A stretch of DNA of 64,000 bases from Dehalococcoidia bacterium (GTDB taxonomy: Bacteria > Chloroflexota > Dehalococcoidia > UBA2979): positions 544,001-608,000 of the forward strand of contig CAXXDN010000001.1 in assembly GCA_963667465.2 (NCBI GenBank), read 5' to 3'. The position numbers were made by a program, and so were the translations under genes. Every line of letters starts with the position of its first letter. The stretch's first letter is position 1. The notes beneath the pieces were generated by a model that saw only the letters and a program-made list of their open reading frames with translations, searched no databases and was not told where the DNA came from. Below, piece by piece: positions 38,868 through 47,617 of the stretch.

Positions 38868-41314
38868 TCGAGCACCCCCGCCTCCTCGAGGCGCCGCACC
38901 GCCGCCTCGGGCATGCCGAGGTATTCGCCGAGCACCTCGACGTTGTGTGCGCCGAAGACGGGCGAGGGCAGGCGCAGGCTGGGCGGGGCCTCGGAGAGGC
39001 TCCACGCGTTGCCGTTGAGCAGCTCGTCGCCGGGGTAGTCGTCGTGCAGCCGGAAGCGCCGCCGCCGCTCGGCGAGGTGCGGGTCGGTGATCACCTCGCG
39101 GGCATCGAGGACGGGGAATGCCGGGACGCCTGCTGCCTGCAGGGCTGCCGCGAGCTCGCGCTTGTCGTGCGAGCCGGTCCAGGCGTTGATCGCGCGGTCC
39201 AGCTCCGTGCGCGCGGCGATCCGCCCCTCGCGTGTCGCGAAGTCTTCGCGCGCCAGCCAGTCCTCACGGCCGGCGAAGCGGGCGAGGGCGCGCCACTCGG
39301 CTTCCTCGCCGCAGGCGATGGCGATCCACTGGTCCTCGCCGCTGCAGCGGTAGATGCCGTGCGGCGCGAAGTAGCGGTGCGAGTTGCCGACGGGGCCCGC
39401 GCCGCGGCCGTTCCAGCTGTAGTCGATCACCGCCTCGGCGAGTCCCGCGATCCCCGCGTCGCCCTGCGCGAGCTCGATGAACTGGCCGCGCCCCGTGCGG
39501 GCGCGCGAGGCGAGCGCGGCGAGGATCGCGAGCGTCCCGTAGGCGGAGGCGATCGGGTCCAGCTCGGCCGCCTCCTCCATCACCGATCCGTCCTCCGGGT
39601 AACCGTTGAGGCTCTTCATCCCGAACAGCGCGGACAGCGAGGGCCCGTAGGTGATGAGGTCCGCCCACGGCCCGTCGAGGCCCGCCGAGGGCATCGCCAG
39701 CATGATCAGCCGCGGGTGTTCGGCTGTCAGGCGTGCGTAGTCGACACCGAAGGAGCGCATCACCCTCGGCGCGTAGTTGTCGACCACCACGTCGACGGCC
39801 CCGCAGAGGCGCTCGAACAGCGCGAGCCCGCCGGGCTCCGTGAGATCGAGGGCGATCGAGCGGCGGTTGCGCAGGATCCACTCCCAGGCGAGCGGCTCGG
39901 TGGGGTCGAAGCTGCCGGGCACGCCGGAGCCCCAGGGGCGCTTCGTGGTCTGCACCTTCACCACGTCCGCGCCGTAGTCGGCGAGGTAGCGGCTGACCAG
40001 CGGCCCCGCCCAGACCTGGCCGAGGTCGAGCACGCGCAGCCCGGCGAGCGGGCCGTCGGCGGGGTCCGCCGCGCCCGGGAAGTCGGAGGCGGCGGCCGGA
40101 CGCCAGGCGTCGGCGCGCGCGGGTGGCCAGGGCGGCGTGGTCCAGCCCTCGGCGTTCGACTCGTCGAGGCGCGGCGGCGTGCCGGGCGGGATCCAGGGGG
40201 TGCGGGCCAGCCGGTAGGGCGCGCCGGGGACACGCAGCGGCGGTTCGACGCCCGGCGCCTCGACGAGCAGGTCTCGCTCGGCGGCGTAATCGGACTCGCA
40301 GACCTCGGGGACCGTCAGCACGGGCTGGAAGGGGATGCGCTCGCGGCGGGTGATCTCCCACAGCTCGGCCTTCGTCAGCTGCGAGAGGTGGGCGACCATG
40401 TCCTCGCGCAGCACGCGCTGCACCCGCTCCGCCTGCTCGGGATCGAGGTTGCGGCGGACCCGCGCCTCGCCGAGGCCCCGGATCAGCTCGTCTCGTGCCC
40501 ATTCGGGGTTGCCGAGGCCGTCGAGGAACGCGGTCCAGTGCCGGCCCATGTGCGTCATCGTCGAGAGGTGCCCGTCCTTGACGGGGTAAACGCCCCAGAC
40601 GCCGCCGCTCAGGTTCTGCCCGTTCCGTTGCGGGATCGCCTGGCCGAGGTAGGCCACCTGCGGGATGCCGTGCCCCCAGACGGCGACGTTCACCGCCTCG
40701 AGCGCGCTGATGTCGACGAGCTGGCCGCGCCCGCTGCGGTCGCGATGGTGCAGCGCGATCAGCGTCGCCACGGCAGCCTGCACCCCGGCGTGCTGCACGT
40801 CGGCAGCGTCGAGGGGCGCCGTCAGCGGCTCGCGTTGCGGATCGCCGAGGCGGTAGGCGACGCCTGAGCCGCAGTAGGCGAGCAGCGGCGCGCCCTTCCA
40901 CTCCGCGTACGGCCCGCTCTGGCCGAAGGTGGTGACGGCCGTCAGGACCAGCCCCGGGTGCGCCGCGCGCAGGTGCTCCTCGCCGAGGCCCAGCGCCCGC
41001 GCCTCGTGCGGGCGGAAGGAGTGCAGCAGCACGTCGGCGCCGGTGAGCAGCGCGTCGAGGGCGGCGCGGCCGTCCTCGCTCGCCAGGTCGAGGCGCGCCC
41101 CGTCCTTGCCGCCGTTGAGGTAGGTGAACTGGCCGCTGCACTCAGGGTCCGGCTCGTCGCCGGGGAAGGGGCCGTGCTCGCGGATCGCGTCGCCCCCGGG
41201 AGGCTCGATCTTGATGACGGCGGCGCCGAGGTCGCGGAGTTGCTTGCCCGCGTAGGCGATGGCCTTACCTTCGCCGGCCTCGACAACGCGCAGGCCGGCG
41301 ACGGCGCCCGTCAT
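38864..41314 (-). CDS. Family III CoA-transferase, tandem two-domain
   Basis: LRDLGAAVIKIEPPGGD and LAGLRVLDLGQVWAGP..LADYGADVVKV; same architecture as 6475-8904. Confidence 0.9.
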   Translation of the reverse strand: MTGAVAGLRVVEAGEGKAIAYAGKQLRDLGAAVIKIEPPGGDAIREHGPFPGDEPDPECSGQFTYLNGGKDGARLDLASEDGRAALDALLTGADVLLHSFRPHEARALGLGEEHLRAAHPGLVLTAVTTFGQSGPYAEWKGAPLLAYCGSGVAYRLGDPQREPLTAPLDAADVQHAGVQAAVATLIALHHRDRSGRGQLVDISALEAVNVAVWGHGIPQVAYLGQAIPQRNGQNLSGGVWGVYPVKDGHLSTMTHMGRHWTAFLDGLGNPEWARDELIRGLGEARVRRNLDPEQAERVQRVLREDMVAHLSQLTKAELWEITRRERIPFQPVLTVPEVCESDYAAERDLLVEAPGVEPPLRVPGAPYRLARTPWIPPGTPPRLDESNAEGWTTPPWPPARADAWRPAAASDFPGAADPADGPLAGLRVLDLGQVWAGPLVSRYLADYGADVVKVQTTKRPWGSGVPGSFDPTEPLAWEWILRNRRSIALDLTEPGGLALFERLCGAVDVVVDNYAPRVMRSFGVDYARLTAEHPRLIMLAMPSAGLDGPWADLITYGPSLSALFGMKSLNGYPEDGSVMEEAAELDPIASAYGTLAILAALASRARTGRGQFIELAQGDAGIAGLAEAVIDYSWNGRGAGPVGNSHRYFAPHGIYRCSGEDQWIAIACGEEAEWRALARFAGREDWLAREDFATREGRIAARTELDRAINAWTGSHDKRELAAALQAAGVPAFPVLDAREVITDPHLAERRRRFRLHDDYPGDELLNGNAWSLSEAPPSLRLPSPVFGAHNVEVLGEYLGMPEAAVRRLEEAGVLE

Positions 41315-41365
41315 ACCCGGTTGCCCAACTCCTGCCCGATCGCCTCGTCGTTCGCGTACTTCGTG

Positions 41366-42694
41366 CTAGGCGATGTTCGCGAACATCGGGTCGTCCTCGA
41401 TCGAGTACTCGTAGGGCTTGAGGTCCTCGGGCGGGGTCGAGGCGAGGCTGATCGGCACGTCGACCTCGAAGGGGCTCTTGAGGTCGAGTTCCTCGGCCAT
41501 CTCGCGCATGGCGGGGATGACCTTCTCGCCGATCAATTCGATGTTGCGCATGTTGTCGCGGTGGCTGATGTGGCCGTCGGTGGCGTAGAAGCTGACGATG
41601 CCGGGCCGGGTCTGCTCGAGCACCTTGCGCAGCTGGTCGATCGCGTGGTCCGGGTCGCCCATGATCCAGGTCAGGTCGTCCAGGTGCTTCTGCAGCGTCG
41701 CGCCGGTGTCGGCGCCGCCGCCGGCGGAGCGGAGGCCCTTCGCGCCGGTGCGCTGGTTGTTGCGGGCCACGGCGCCGCGCCGCCGCGCGACCGCGGCCGG
41801 CGAGTCCGGCGCGCCCCAGAGGTAGCCCGAGGGCGAACTCCATACCGGGTGGCCGAGGCCGGTGAACTCGCCCGCCATCCACATGAACTCGCGCGCGTTG
41901 CGCATCGCGTGCTCCATCGTGTCCTGCACGTGGAAGTGGATGGTCTGGCCGAAGTTCCAGGTGCCGACCTCGTAGCCCTTCTCGGCGGCGACCTCCTTGT
42001 AGGTGCCCATGATCCGCTTCTGCGCCCGCTCGTCCGTGCCGAGGCCGATGTAGGGGTAGCGGTGGGCTGCCGCCCACTGCACGGTCTCGAGGCTGGAGGT
42101 GCCGGGCACCCAGATGCGCGGGTGCGGCTTCTGGACGGGCAGCGCCCACGGGTTGACGACGCGGAAGTGGTACTGGTCACCCTCCCAGCGGAACGGTCCG
42201 GGCTCGGTCCAGGTCTTGATGATCAGGTCGTGTGCTTCCTCGAGGCGGTCACGGTTGTAGGCGGGGTTTGCGTTCATCGCGAACTGCTCGGTGCCGCCGC
42301 CGCGGATCAGGCCGGGCACGAGGCGGCCCTGCGAGATCATGTCGATCATGCCGAGTTCCTCGGCGGTCGCGACGGGGTTGTCGCGCAGCGGGAGGGGTAC
42401 GCCGAGCAGGACGATCTTCACGTTGTTGGTGACCGCCGCGAGGATCGAGGCCCAGATCTGGATCTGCGGCTGCATGCAGAACGGCGCGTTGTGGTGCTCG
42501 TTGAGCATGATGCCGTCGAAGCCGACCTCGTCGACGAGTTGGTACTCGGCGAGGCGGTCCTGGTAGATCTGGCTGCCCGCGTCGGAGTCGTAGAACTCGT
42601 TGGAGAAGCGGAGCACGGTCAGGCCGTCGCGCTTGCGGGCCTCCTCCTCCGGGTAGGCGGACATCGGCTGCTCGGTGAAGTACATGATGAACAT
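41366..42694 (-). CDS. LLM-class flavin-dependent oxidoreductase
   Basis: GFDGIMLNEHH, MIDMISQGRL and PVQKPHPRIW; ATG at 42694. Confidence 0.9.
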   Translation of the reverse strand: MFIMYFTEQPMSAYPEEEARKRDGLTVLRFSNEFYDSDAGSQIYQDRLAEYQLVDEVGFDGIMLNEHHNAPFCMQPQIQIWASILAAVTNNVKIVLLGVPLPLRDNPVATAEELGMIDMISQGRLVPGLIRGGGTEQFAMNANPAYNRDRLEEAHDLIIKTWTEPGPFRWEGDQYHFRVVNPWALPVQKPHPRIWVPGTSSLETVQWAAAHRYPYIGLGTDERAQKRIMGTYKEVAAEKGYEVGTWNFGQTIHFHVQDTMEHAMRNAREFMWMAGEFTGLGHPVWSSPSGYLWGAPDSPAAVARRRGAVARNNQRTGAKGLRSAGGGADTGATLQKHLDDLTWIMGDPDHAIDQLRKVLEQTRPGIVSFYATDGHISHRDNMRNIELIGEKVIPAMREMAEELDLKSPFEVDVPISLASTPPEDLKPYEYSIEDDPMFANIA

Positions 42695-42882
42695 CGTCGG
42701 ACCCCGTTCGGTGTTCGCCCGCGCCGCCCGCCGGGCCGCGGACCAGGCGCCCGCGCGCCGCTCCGGCGCATCCGGGGGAGCATACCAGCACATCGCCTTC
42801 CGATCGGCGACTGTTGAGCGGACGAGGCGGTGGAGCGTCCCTCGCGCGGTACCCTGTGCGTGGATGCGATTCGGGGTGCGGT

Positions 42883-43140
42883 GTGGCGAGCGTCTGGCAG
42901 CGGTTGCGTCGAGCCGTTGCCGACCGCTTCGTGGGCTTCCACACCGCTTACCTCAACTTCCGCAACTACGATGCGCCGCTGGCGGTGAAGTGGCGGCTCC
43001 TCTGGCGCAACAACTGGATCAAGGCGCGCACCTTTTCGCTGTGCTGCGGCAACCTCGGCGAACCCGGCTGCTGACGGGACTTCGAGGAGCCCCGTGAGGG
43101 CTCGGAAGACCATCACCACGAGCACCCGCACCACCACTAG
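42883..43140 (+). CDS. Candidate selenoprotein, copy 1 (in-frame TGA at 43072-43074)
   Basis: ...SLCCGNLGEPGC-U-RDFEEPREGSEDHHHEHPHHH-TAG; the post-TGA frame is conserved with copy 2; SECIS-like hairpin. Confidence 0.75.
43075..43108 (+). promoter_or_regulatory. Putative SECIS element, copy 1
   Basis: GAGCCC-CGTGA-GGGCTC (43087-43103) 12 nt after the TGA; lower stem CTTC/GAAG. Confidence 0.65.
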
Positions 43141-43170
43141 CGGCGGGTTCGAGGCGCTACCCTGTAGCGG

Positions 43171-43206
43171 CGAGCGGCGGACCGGAGGCGAGCGGCGGAC
43201 CGGAGG
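43171..43206. repeat. 18-nt tandem duplication containing a GGAGG RBS
   Basis: cgagcggcggaccggagg x2. Confidence 0.8.
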
Positions 43207-43214
43207 TGAGCGTG

Positions 43215-43469
43215 GTGAATCCCTGGCAGTGGCTGCGCGGCCTCGTCCTCGGCACTGTGCGGAGCTGGCGCACGACCTACCTCAACTTCCGTGACTACGA
43301 CGCGCCGCTCCTGGTCAAGGTCCGGCTCTTCGCCCGCAACAAGTGGACCATGGCGCGCACGCTCTCGCTGTGTTGCGGCAACCACGGCGAGCCCGGTTGC
43401 TGAAACGACTCCGGTGAGCCCCGTGAGGGCTCGGAGCACCACCACCACGACCACCCGCACGCGCATTAG
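43215..43469 (+). CDS. Candidate selenoprotein, copy 2 (in-frame TGA at 43401-43403)
   Basis: ...SLCCGNHGEPGC-U-NDSGEPREGSEHHHHDHPHAH-TAG; GGAGGT RBS at 43202; start is GTG at 43206, 43212 or 43215. Confidence 0.75.
43404..43436 (+). promoter_or_regulatory. Putative SECIS element, copy 2
   Basis: Identical 17-nt hairpin at 43416-43432, 12 nt after the TGA; lower stem CTCC/GGAG. Confidence 0.65.
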
Positions 43470-43540
43470 CCGGCGTAGCCCGCCGCCCCCGGACGAGCGC
43501 GCCGCTCGACGGTCCGAGGCATCCGACTCATCCGCACCCC

Positions 43541-43592
43541 CTGGATTCCGGCTTTCGCCGGAATGACGGGACGGGGCGAGCCCGGAATGACG
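43541..43592. repeat. REP-like palindrome
   Basis: CTGGATTCCGGC-TTTC-GCCGGAATGACG hairpin with a second CCGGAATGACGG half-copy. Confidence 0.75.
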
Positions 43593-43656
43593 GTTCTGTG
43601 GAGGTATCGAGCGGGGAGCGAGGGCCGGAGGATGCCGAACGCCCTCGAGAGTCGGG

Positions 43657-43790
43657 TGCGCCCTTGATGGTTCCGGGGGGCGTGGGGGCTTCGCCCCCAC
43701 AGAAAGAAAGTCCGAGGGTGGGTGGGCGGGGCCGAGCGGCGCGGAGCGCGTGCTCGCCCGGGATGGGGTGTGGGGGGCGCAGCCCTCCAC
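43657..43790. repeat. Dispersed intergenic repeat, copy B
   Basis: Similar to 37132-37265; followed by a CCCCTCACCCCTACCCTCTC REP-like unit near 43827. Confidence 0.75.
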
Positions 43791-43959
43791 AGCAGACCGC
43801 CGTCGTCGTCGCTGGCCGCGCGGCACCCCCTCACCCCTACCCTCTCGGCAAGGGGAGTAGGGTGCCGGATCGCTCTCGCGGGCCCCGCCGTGTGGCACCG
43901 GCGGGCGGCGTCGTGTAGCGTCCGCCCGCGCCCGATCGCGCGCATCGAGGGGGTACGGG

Positions 43960-45045
43960 ATGAAAGCAGCAGTCTTCCACGGCGTGAACCAGCCGCTCAC
44001 CATCGAGGACATCGACGTCGACGAGCCGCGCGACTACGAGGTGCTGGTGCGCACCGCGGCCGCGGGCGTCTGCCACTCCGAGCTGCACATGATCGAAGGC
44101 CACTCGCCTGTGCCCCCGCCCTCCGTGCTCGGCCACGAGTCCGCAGGCGTCGTCGAGCGCGTCGGCAGCCGCGTGACCTACGTCCAGCCGGGCGACCACG
44201 TGATCGCCCGCGGCACCTTCTGCGGCCACTGCGAGATGTGCCTGACCGGGCACCTCAACGTCTGCACGAACCGTCCCGGCCGCGCCCCGGACGACGCCCC
44301 GGTGATGTCCTGGAACGGTGAGCGCCTCAACCAGTGGGGCTCCAACATCTTCGGCTGGTCGGAGCAGATGCTGCTGCACGAGAACGGCGTGGTGAAGATC
44401 TCGCCGGAGATGCCGCTCGACGCCGCCGCGCTGCTCGGCTGCGCCGTGATCACCGGCTTCGGCGCGGTGATGCGTACCGCGCAGGTCGAGGCCGGCAGCT
44501 CGATCGCGGTCTTTGGCTGCGGCGGCATCGGCCTGTCGGCGATCCAGGGCGGCGCCGTCTCCGGCTGCCAGCGCGTGATCGCCGTCGATCTGCTCGACTC
44601 CAAGCTCGAGGTCGCGCGCGAGTTCGGCGCGACCCACACCGTGAACGGATCGACCGAGGACCCCGTCGCCGCGATCCGCGAGATCGCGGACGGCGAGGGC
44701 GTGCACTACTCGTTCGACGCGATCGGCCTGGCGAGCGTGGCGATGCAGGCGCTCGACTGCCTGCGCCCGCAGGGCACCGCGACGCTGATCGGCGTGATTC
44801 CCGAGGAGACGCCGCTCAACTTCGGCTGGCGGCGGCTGAGCGGCGAAAAGCGGATCCAGGGCTGCATGATGGGCTCGAACCGCTTCCGCATGGACCTGCC
44901 GATGCTCGTGGACCTCTACATGCAGGGCCGGCTCAAGCTCGACGAGATGATCACCACCCGCGGCTCGCTCGAGGACGTCAACGACTTCCTGGAGATCATG
45001 AAGGGCGGCGCCGTCACCCGGCAGGTGATGATGATGGACTCGTAG
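43960..45045 (+). CDS. Zn-dependent alcohol dehydrogenase
   Basis: CHSE, GHE, CGHCEMC..C and GCGGIG. Confidence 0.93.
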   Translation: MKAAVFHGVNQPLTIEDIDVDEPRDYEVLVRTAAAGVCHSELHMIEGHSPVPPPSVLGHESAGVVERVGSRVTYVQPGDHVIARGTFCGHCEMCLTGHLNVCTNRPGRAPDDAPVMSWNGERLNQWGSNIFGWSEQMLLHENGVVKISPEMPLDAAALLGCAVITGFGAVMRTAQVEAGSSIAVFGCGGIGLSAIQGGAVSGCQRVIAVDLLDSKLEVAREFGATHTVNGSTEDPVAAIREIADGEGVHYSFDAIGLASVAMQALDCLRPQGTATLIGVIPEETPLNFGWRRLSGEKRIQGCMMGSNRFRMDLPMLVDLYMQGRLKLDEMITTRGSLEDVNDFLEIMKGGAVTRQVMMMDS

Positions 45046-45220
45046 CGCCCTCGTAGCAGGCTGATCGCCTCGCCCCTGCTCGCGAGCTCCCGGGCGCTGG
45101 CGGGAAGGCTCCGGTCGGTCGCCGTGCCGGAGCTCAGGTCGCGCGCGCTGCTGAGCAGCGCCTCCGGATCGCGGTTGGCCCAGAGGCGCGCCGCCTCCTC
45201 GGCGACGTCGCCCTCGCGGC

Positions 45221-45817
45221 TCACGAGCCTGCGTCCTCCTCGTCGTCGAAGACGAGCGAGGGCTCGTGCACGCCGAGCACGACGATCTCGTCGCCGGCGG
45301 AGATGCGCCCGCCCTCGAGCACGCGTGCGCGAATCCCGCCGCGCCCGACGAGCGCGCGCAGTAGTCCCGGCCGCTCCAGCAGGTCCTGCAAGTAGTTGCA
45401 GGGGTCGCAGGGCAGCATCCCCGCCAGCCGCGCGCCGCCGATGCGGAACTCGAGACCGAGCAGGCCCTGCAGCTGCACACCGCGCGTCACGAGGTTGCGG
45501 CGCAGCAGGTGCGGCTCCAGCGCGAGGTCGTCGGCTGTTTCGGCCTCGATGATCGTGAGTTGCTGCTCGCGCCAGCGCGGGTCGCTCCAGTGGCCGCGGC
45601 GGGTCGCGTAGCGGTCGCCGAGGATTCCGGCGCCGGGCACGACCTCGACCCACTCACGCCGCTGCATCGGCGCGCCGGCCTCGGCCGCCACGAAGATGCC
45701 GATGATGCCCGGCTGGCTCCTGTCCGGTTGGTCGCTGCCCGGTTGGTCGCTGCCCGGTTGGTCGCTGTCCGGCTGATCGTTGTTGGCGCCGGAAGCGCCG
45801 CGTTCGGCGGTAGTCAT
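45221..45817 (-). CDS. MOSC domain protein
   Basis: GILGDRY, RRNLVTRG, PCDPC, GRGGIRA and GGRISAGD; N-terminal DQP[G/D]S repeats. Confidence 0.85.
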   Translation of the reverse strand: MTTAERGASGANNDQPDSDQPGSDQPGSDQPDRSQPGIIGIFVAAEAGAPMQRREWVEVVPGAGILGDRYATRRGHWSDPRWREQQLTIIEAETADDLALEPHLLRRNLVTRGVQLQGLLGLEFRIGGARLAGMLPCDPCNYLQDLLERPGLLRALVGRGGIRARVLEGGRISAGDEIVVLGVHEPSLVFDDEEDAGS

Positions 45818-45884
45818 CGCCGCTCCTTTGCGCCCGCGAATGCTACACCCGCAGCGCTCGTGGGAAGGCGCGGCGAGGCTGCCG

Positions 45885-46835
45885 CTACGGCGAGCCGGAG
45901 GCCGTCTCGCTCGGCGGGTGTTCGCTGTCCTCGGAGTCTCGCAGCTGGCGCAGGAACGACTCGACGTCCTCGACAAGCTCCGGCTCGGCTGGCGCCTCGC
46001 TCGTGTCGATCGAGTCGAGCGCGGGGTGCATGTCGTCGTAGTTCTGCTCGAGGGTCTCGACGAAGCGGGCGAACTCGTCGGAGCGTCCCCGGGCATCCTC
46101 GGCCTCCGCGGACAGCTCCGCGATCTGTTCGTCGTAGACGGCGCTGTCGACCTCGGCGTTGAGCCCCTGGCCGAGCGCCTGGATCAACGCGCGAGCGGCG
46201 AACGGGTGTGGCTCGACGGAGACGTAGAACGGGGCGGCGGCGAGCAGGCTGGAGCTGCTCCAGCCGCGCTCCTCGCAGGCCACGGCCAGCGGCGTCGTGA
46301 TGCCGGCCGGACCCTCGTAGCTCCAGGCCTCCGGCACGAGTCCGAACCGGGCGGCCAGCTGCGCGTCGCGCGAGTAGAGCTGAACGGGGAGCGGGCGCGA
46401 GTGCGGCGTGGCCGCGCGGTAGGCGCCGAGCATCAGCGACTCGCTGACGCCGAAGCGTTCCAGCGGCTCCATGAGGGCCTCGATGAACTCGCGCCAGCGC
46501 AGCTGTGGCTCGGAGCCAACCAGCAGCACGAGGTCGCGCTCGGCGCCCTCAGGGCGCGCGAGGTAGAGCTCGTTGGCGGGCCAGTCGATGGCGCGCACGC
46601 CCGCCTCGGGGCCCTCGCCATCGACGACGCGCACGCGCGGGCGGCGCACGGTGAAGTCGAAGAACGGCTGCGCGTCGACAGACGCGAGGGGCTGGGCTTC
46701 CCAGTGCTCGACCAGCTCGCGGAGCGCCTCGGCGGCGCTGGTGCCCCAGGCGCCACCGAAGCCGGCGATCAAAAGGGGATCGCGCAGCGCGGACGGATCC
46801 GGCAGTTGCTCTTCGTAGCGGACGAGGTCGCTCAT
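45885..46835 (-). CDS. PAC2 (proteasome assembly chaperone) family protein
   Basis: FFDFTVRRP, GSEPQLRW, PHSRP, YEGPAGI and PFYV..P.P. Confidence 0.88.
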   Translation of the reverse strand: MSDLVRYEEQLPDPSALRDPLLIAGFGGAWGTSAAEALRELVEHWEAQPLASVDAQPFFDFTVRRPRVRVVDGEGPEAGVRAIDWPANELYLARPEGAERDLVLLVGSEPQLRWREFIEALMEPLERFGVSESLMLGAYRAATPHSRPLPVQLYSRDAQLAARFGLVPEAWSYEGPAGITTPLAVACEERGWSSSSLLAAAPFYVSVEPHPFAARALIQALGQGLNAEVDSAVYDEQIAELSAEAEDARGRSDEFARFVETLEQNYDDMHPALDSIDTSEAPAEPELVEDVESFLRQLRDSEDSEHPPSETASGSP

Positions 46836-46887
46836 GCCCCGATCCTAGCACTCTCAGGGGGAGAGTGCTAAGGGCTGGTTTGCACCG

Positions 46888-47601
46888 CTACCCCTCGGTC
46901 GTGCGCCGCCCCTGCGCGTACAGGAAAAACTCGGCCGTGGTCCGCACCGCGCAGTCCCAGCCGATCGCAGCCAGCCGCTCGCTCAGCTGCTGCGGCTCGT
47001 AGTAGCGCTTCACGATCTCGAAGCGGCGGCCCCCGGAGACCTCGCGTAGCTCCGTCTCCGCCGCCTCGCCGGCGCCGCTCGCGCCGCTCGAACCCTCGTC
47101 CGACGCGGAGTCGACAAAGAAGATGCGTCCGCCCGGCACGAGCGCCGCGTCGACCAGCGCCCAGAAGGCGTCGAAGCGCTCCTCCGGGACGTGGGAGAGC
47201 CAAAACCCGAAGAACACCTCGTCGTAGCGGCGCTCGGGAGTCCACTCCCAGAGGTCGGCCTGGACGTAGCGCACCCGCTCCGCGCCCAGCCCGGCGGTCT
47301 CGACTCGCGAGCGGCAGCGCTCGAGCATCTCGCTCGAGGCGTCGACGGCGGTGACTTCCTTGGCGCCCTCGGCGAGTTGCTGCGTCCACCAGCCCGTGCC
47401 GCAGGCGATCTCGAGGATGCGGCCGTAGGCGCCGAAGGCGGCGAGGGCGGCGCGCACCTCGTTGGTCTCTGCGATCCAGCGGCTGCGGAACTCGGGCCCG
47501 CGGTCGTGGCGGCCGCTGCGCAGCCACCACTCGTCGTACTCGGGCGCGCGTGCGGAGTAGTAGGCCTTCTGCTCTTCGAGCAGCCGCGAGGCGGCGGTCA
47601 T
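46888..47601 (-). CDS. Class I SAM-dependent methyltransferase
   Basis: YYSARAPEYD, LEIACGTGWWT and FWLSHVP. Confidence 0.9.
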   Translation of the reverse strand: MTAASRLLEEQKAYYSARAPEYDEWWLRSGRHDRGPEFRSRWIAETNEVRAALAAFGAYGRILEIACGTGWWTQQLAEGAKEVTAVDASSEMLERCRSRVETAGLGAERVRYVQADLWEWTPERRYDEVFFGFWLSHVPEERFDAFWALVDAALVPGGRIFFVDSASDEGSSGASGAGEAAETELREVSGGRRFEIVKRYYEPQQLSERLAAIGWDCAVRTTAEFFLYAQGRRTTEG

Positions 47602-47617
47602 CGCTGGCGTGCCCGGG

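Noticed and set aside
43072-43403. Genome-wide UGA reassignment (code 4/25) as the explanation for readthrough
   Set aside because: TGA ends many conserved genes here at their expected C-termini (rpiB, gatC, gatA, trpS), often in ATGA/GTGA overlaps.
43087-43432. Post-TGA hairpins as intrinsic terminators
   Set aside because: No U-tract follows; they are followed by conserved His codons and an aligned TAG.
44916-45224. Short minus-strand ORF coupled to the MOSC gene (VSREGDVAEEAARLW...)
   Set aside because: It runs about 130 nt into the convergent ADH gene and has no recognisable motif; it may be a truncated relic but cannot be supported.
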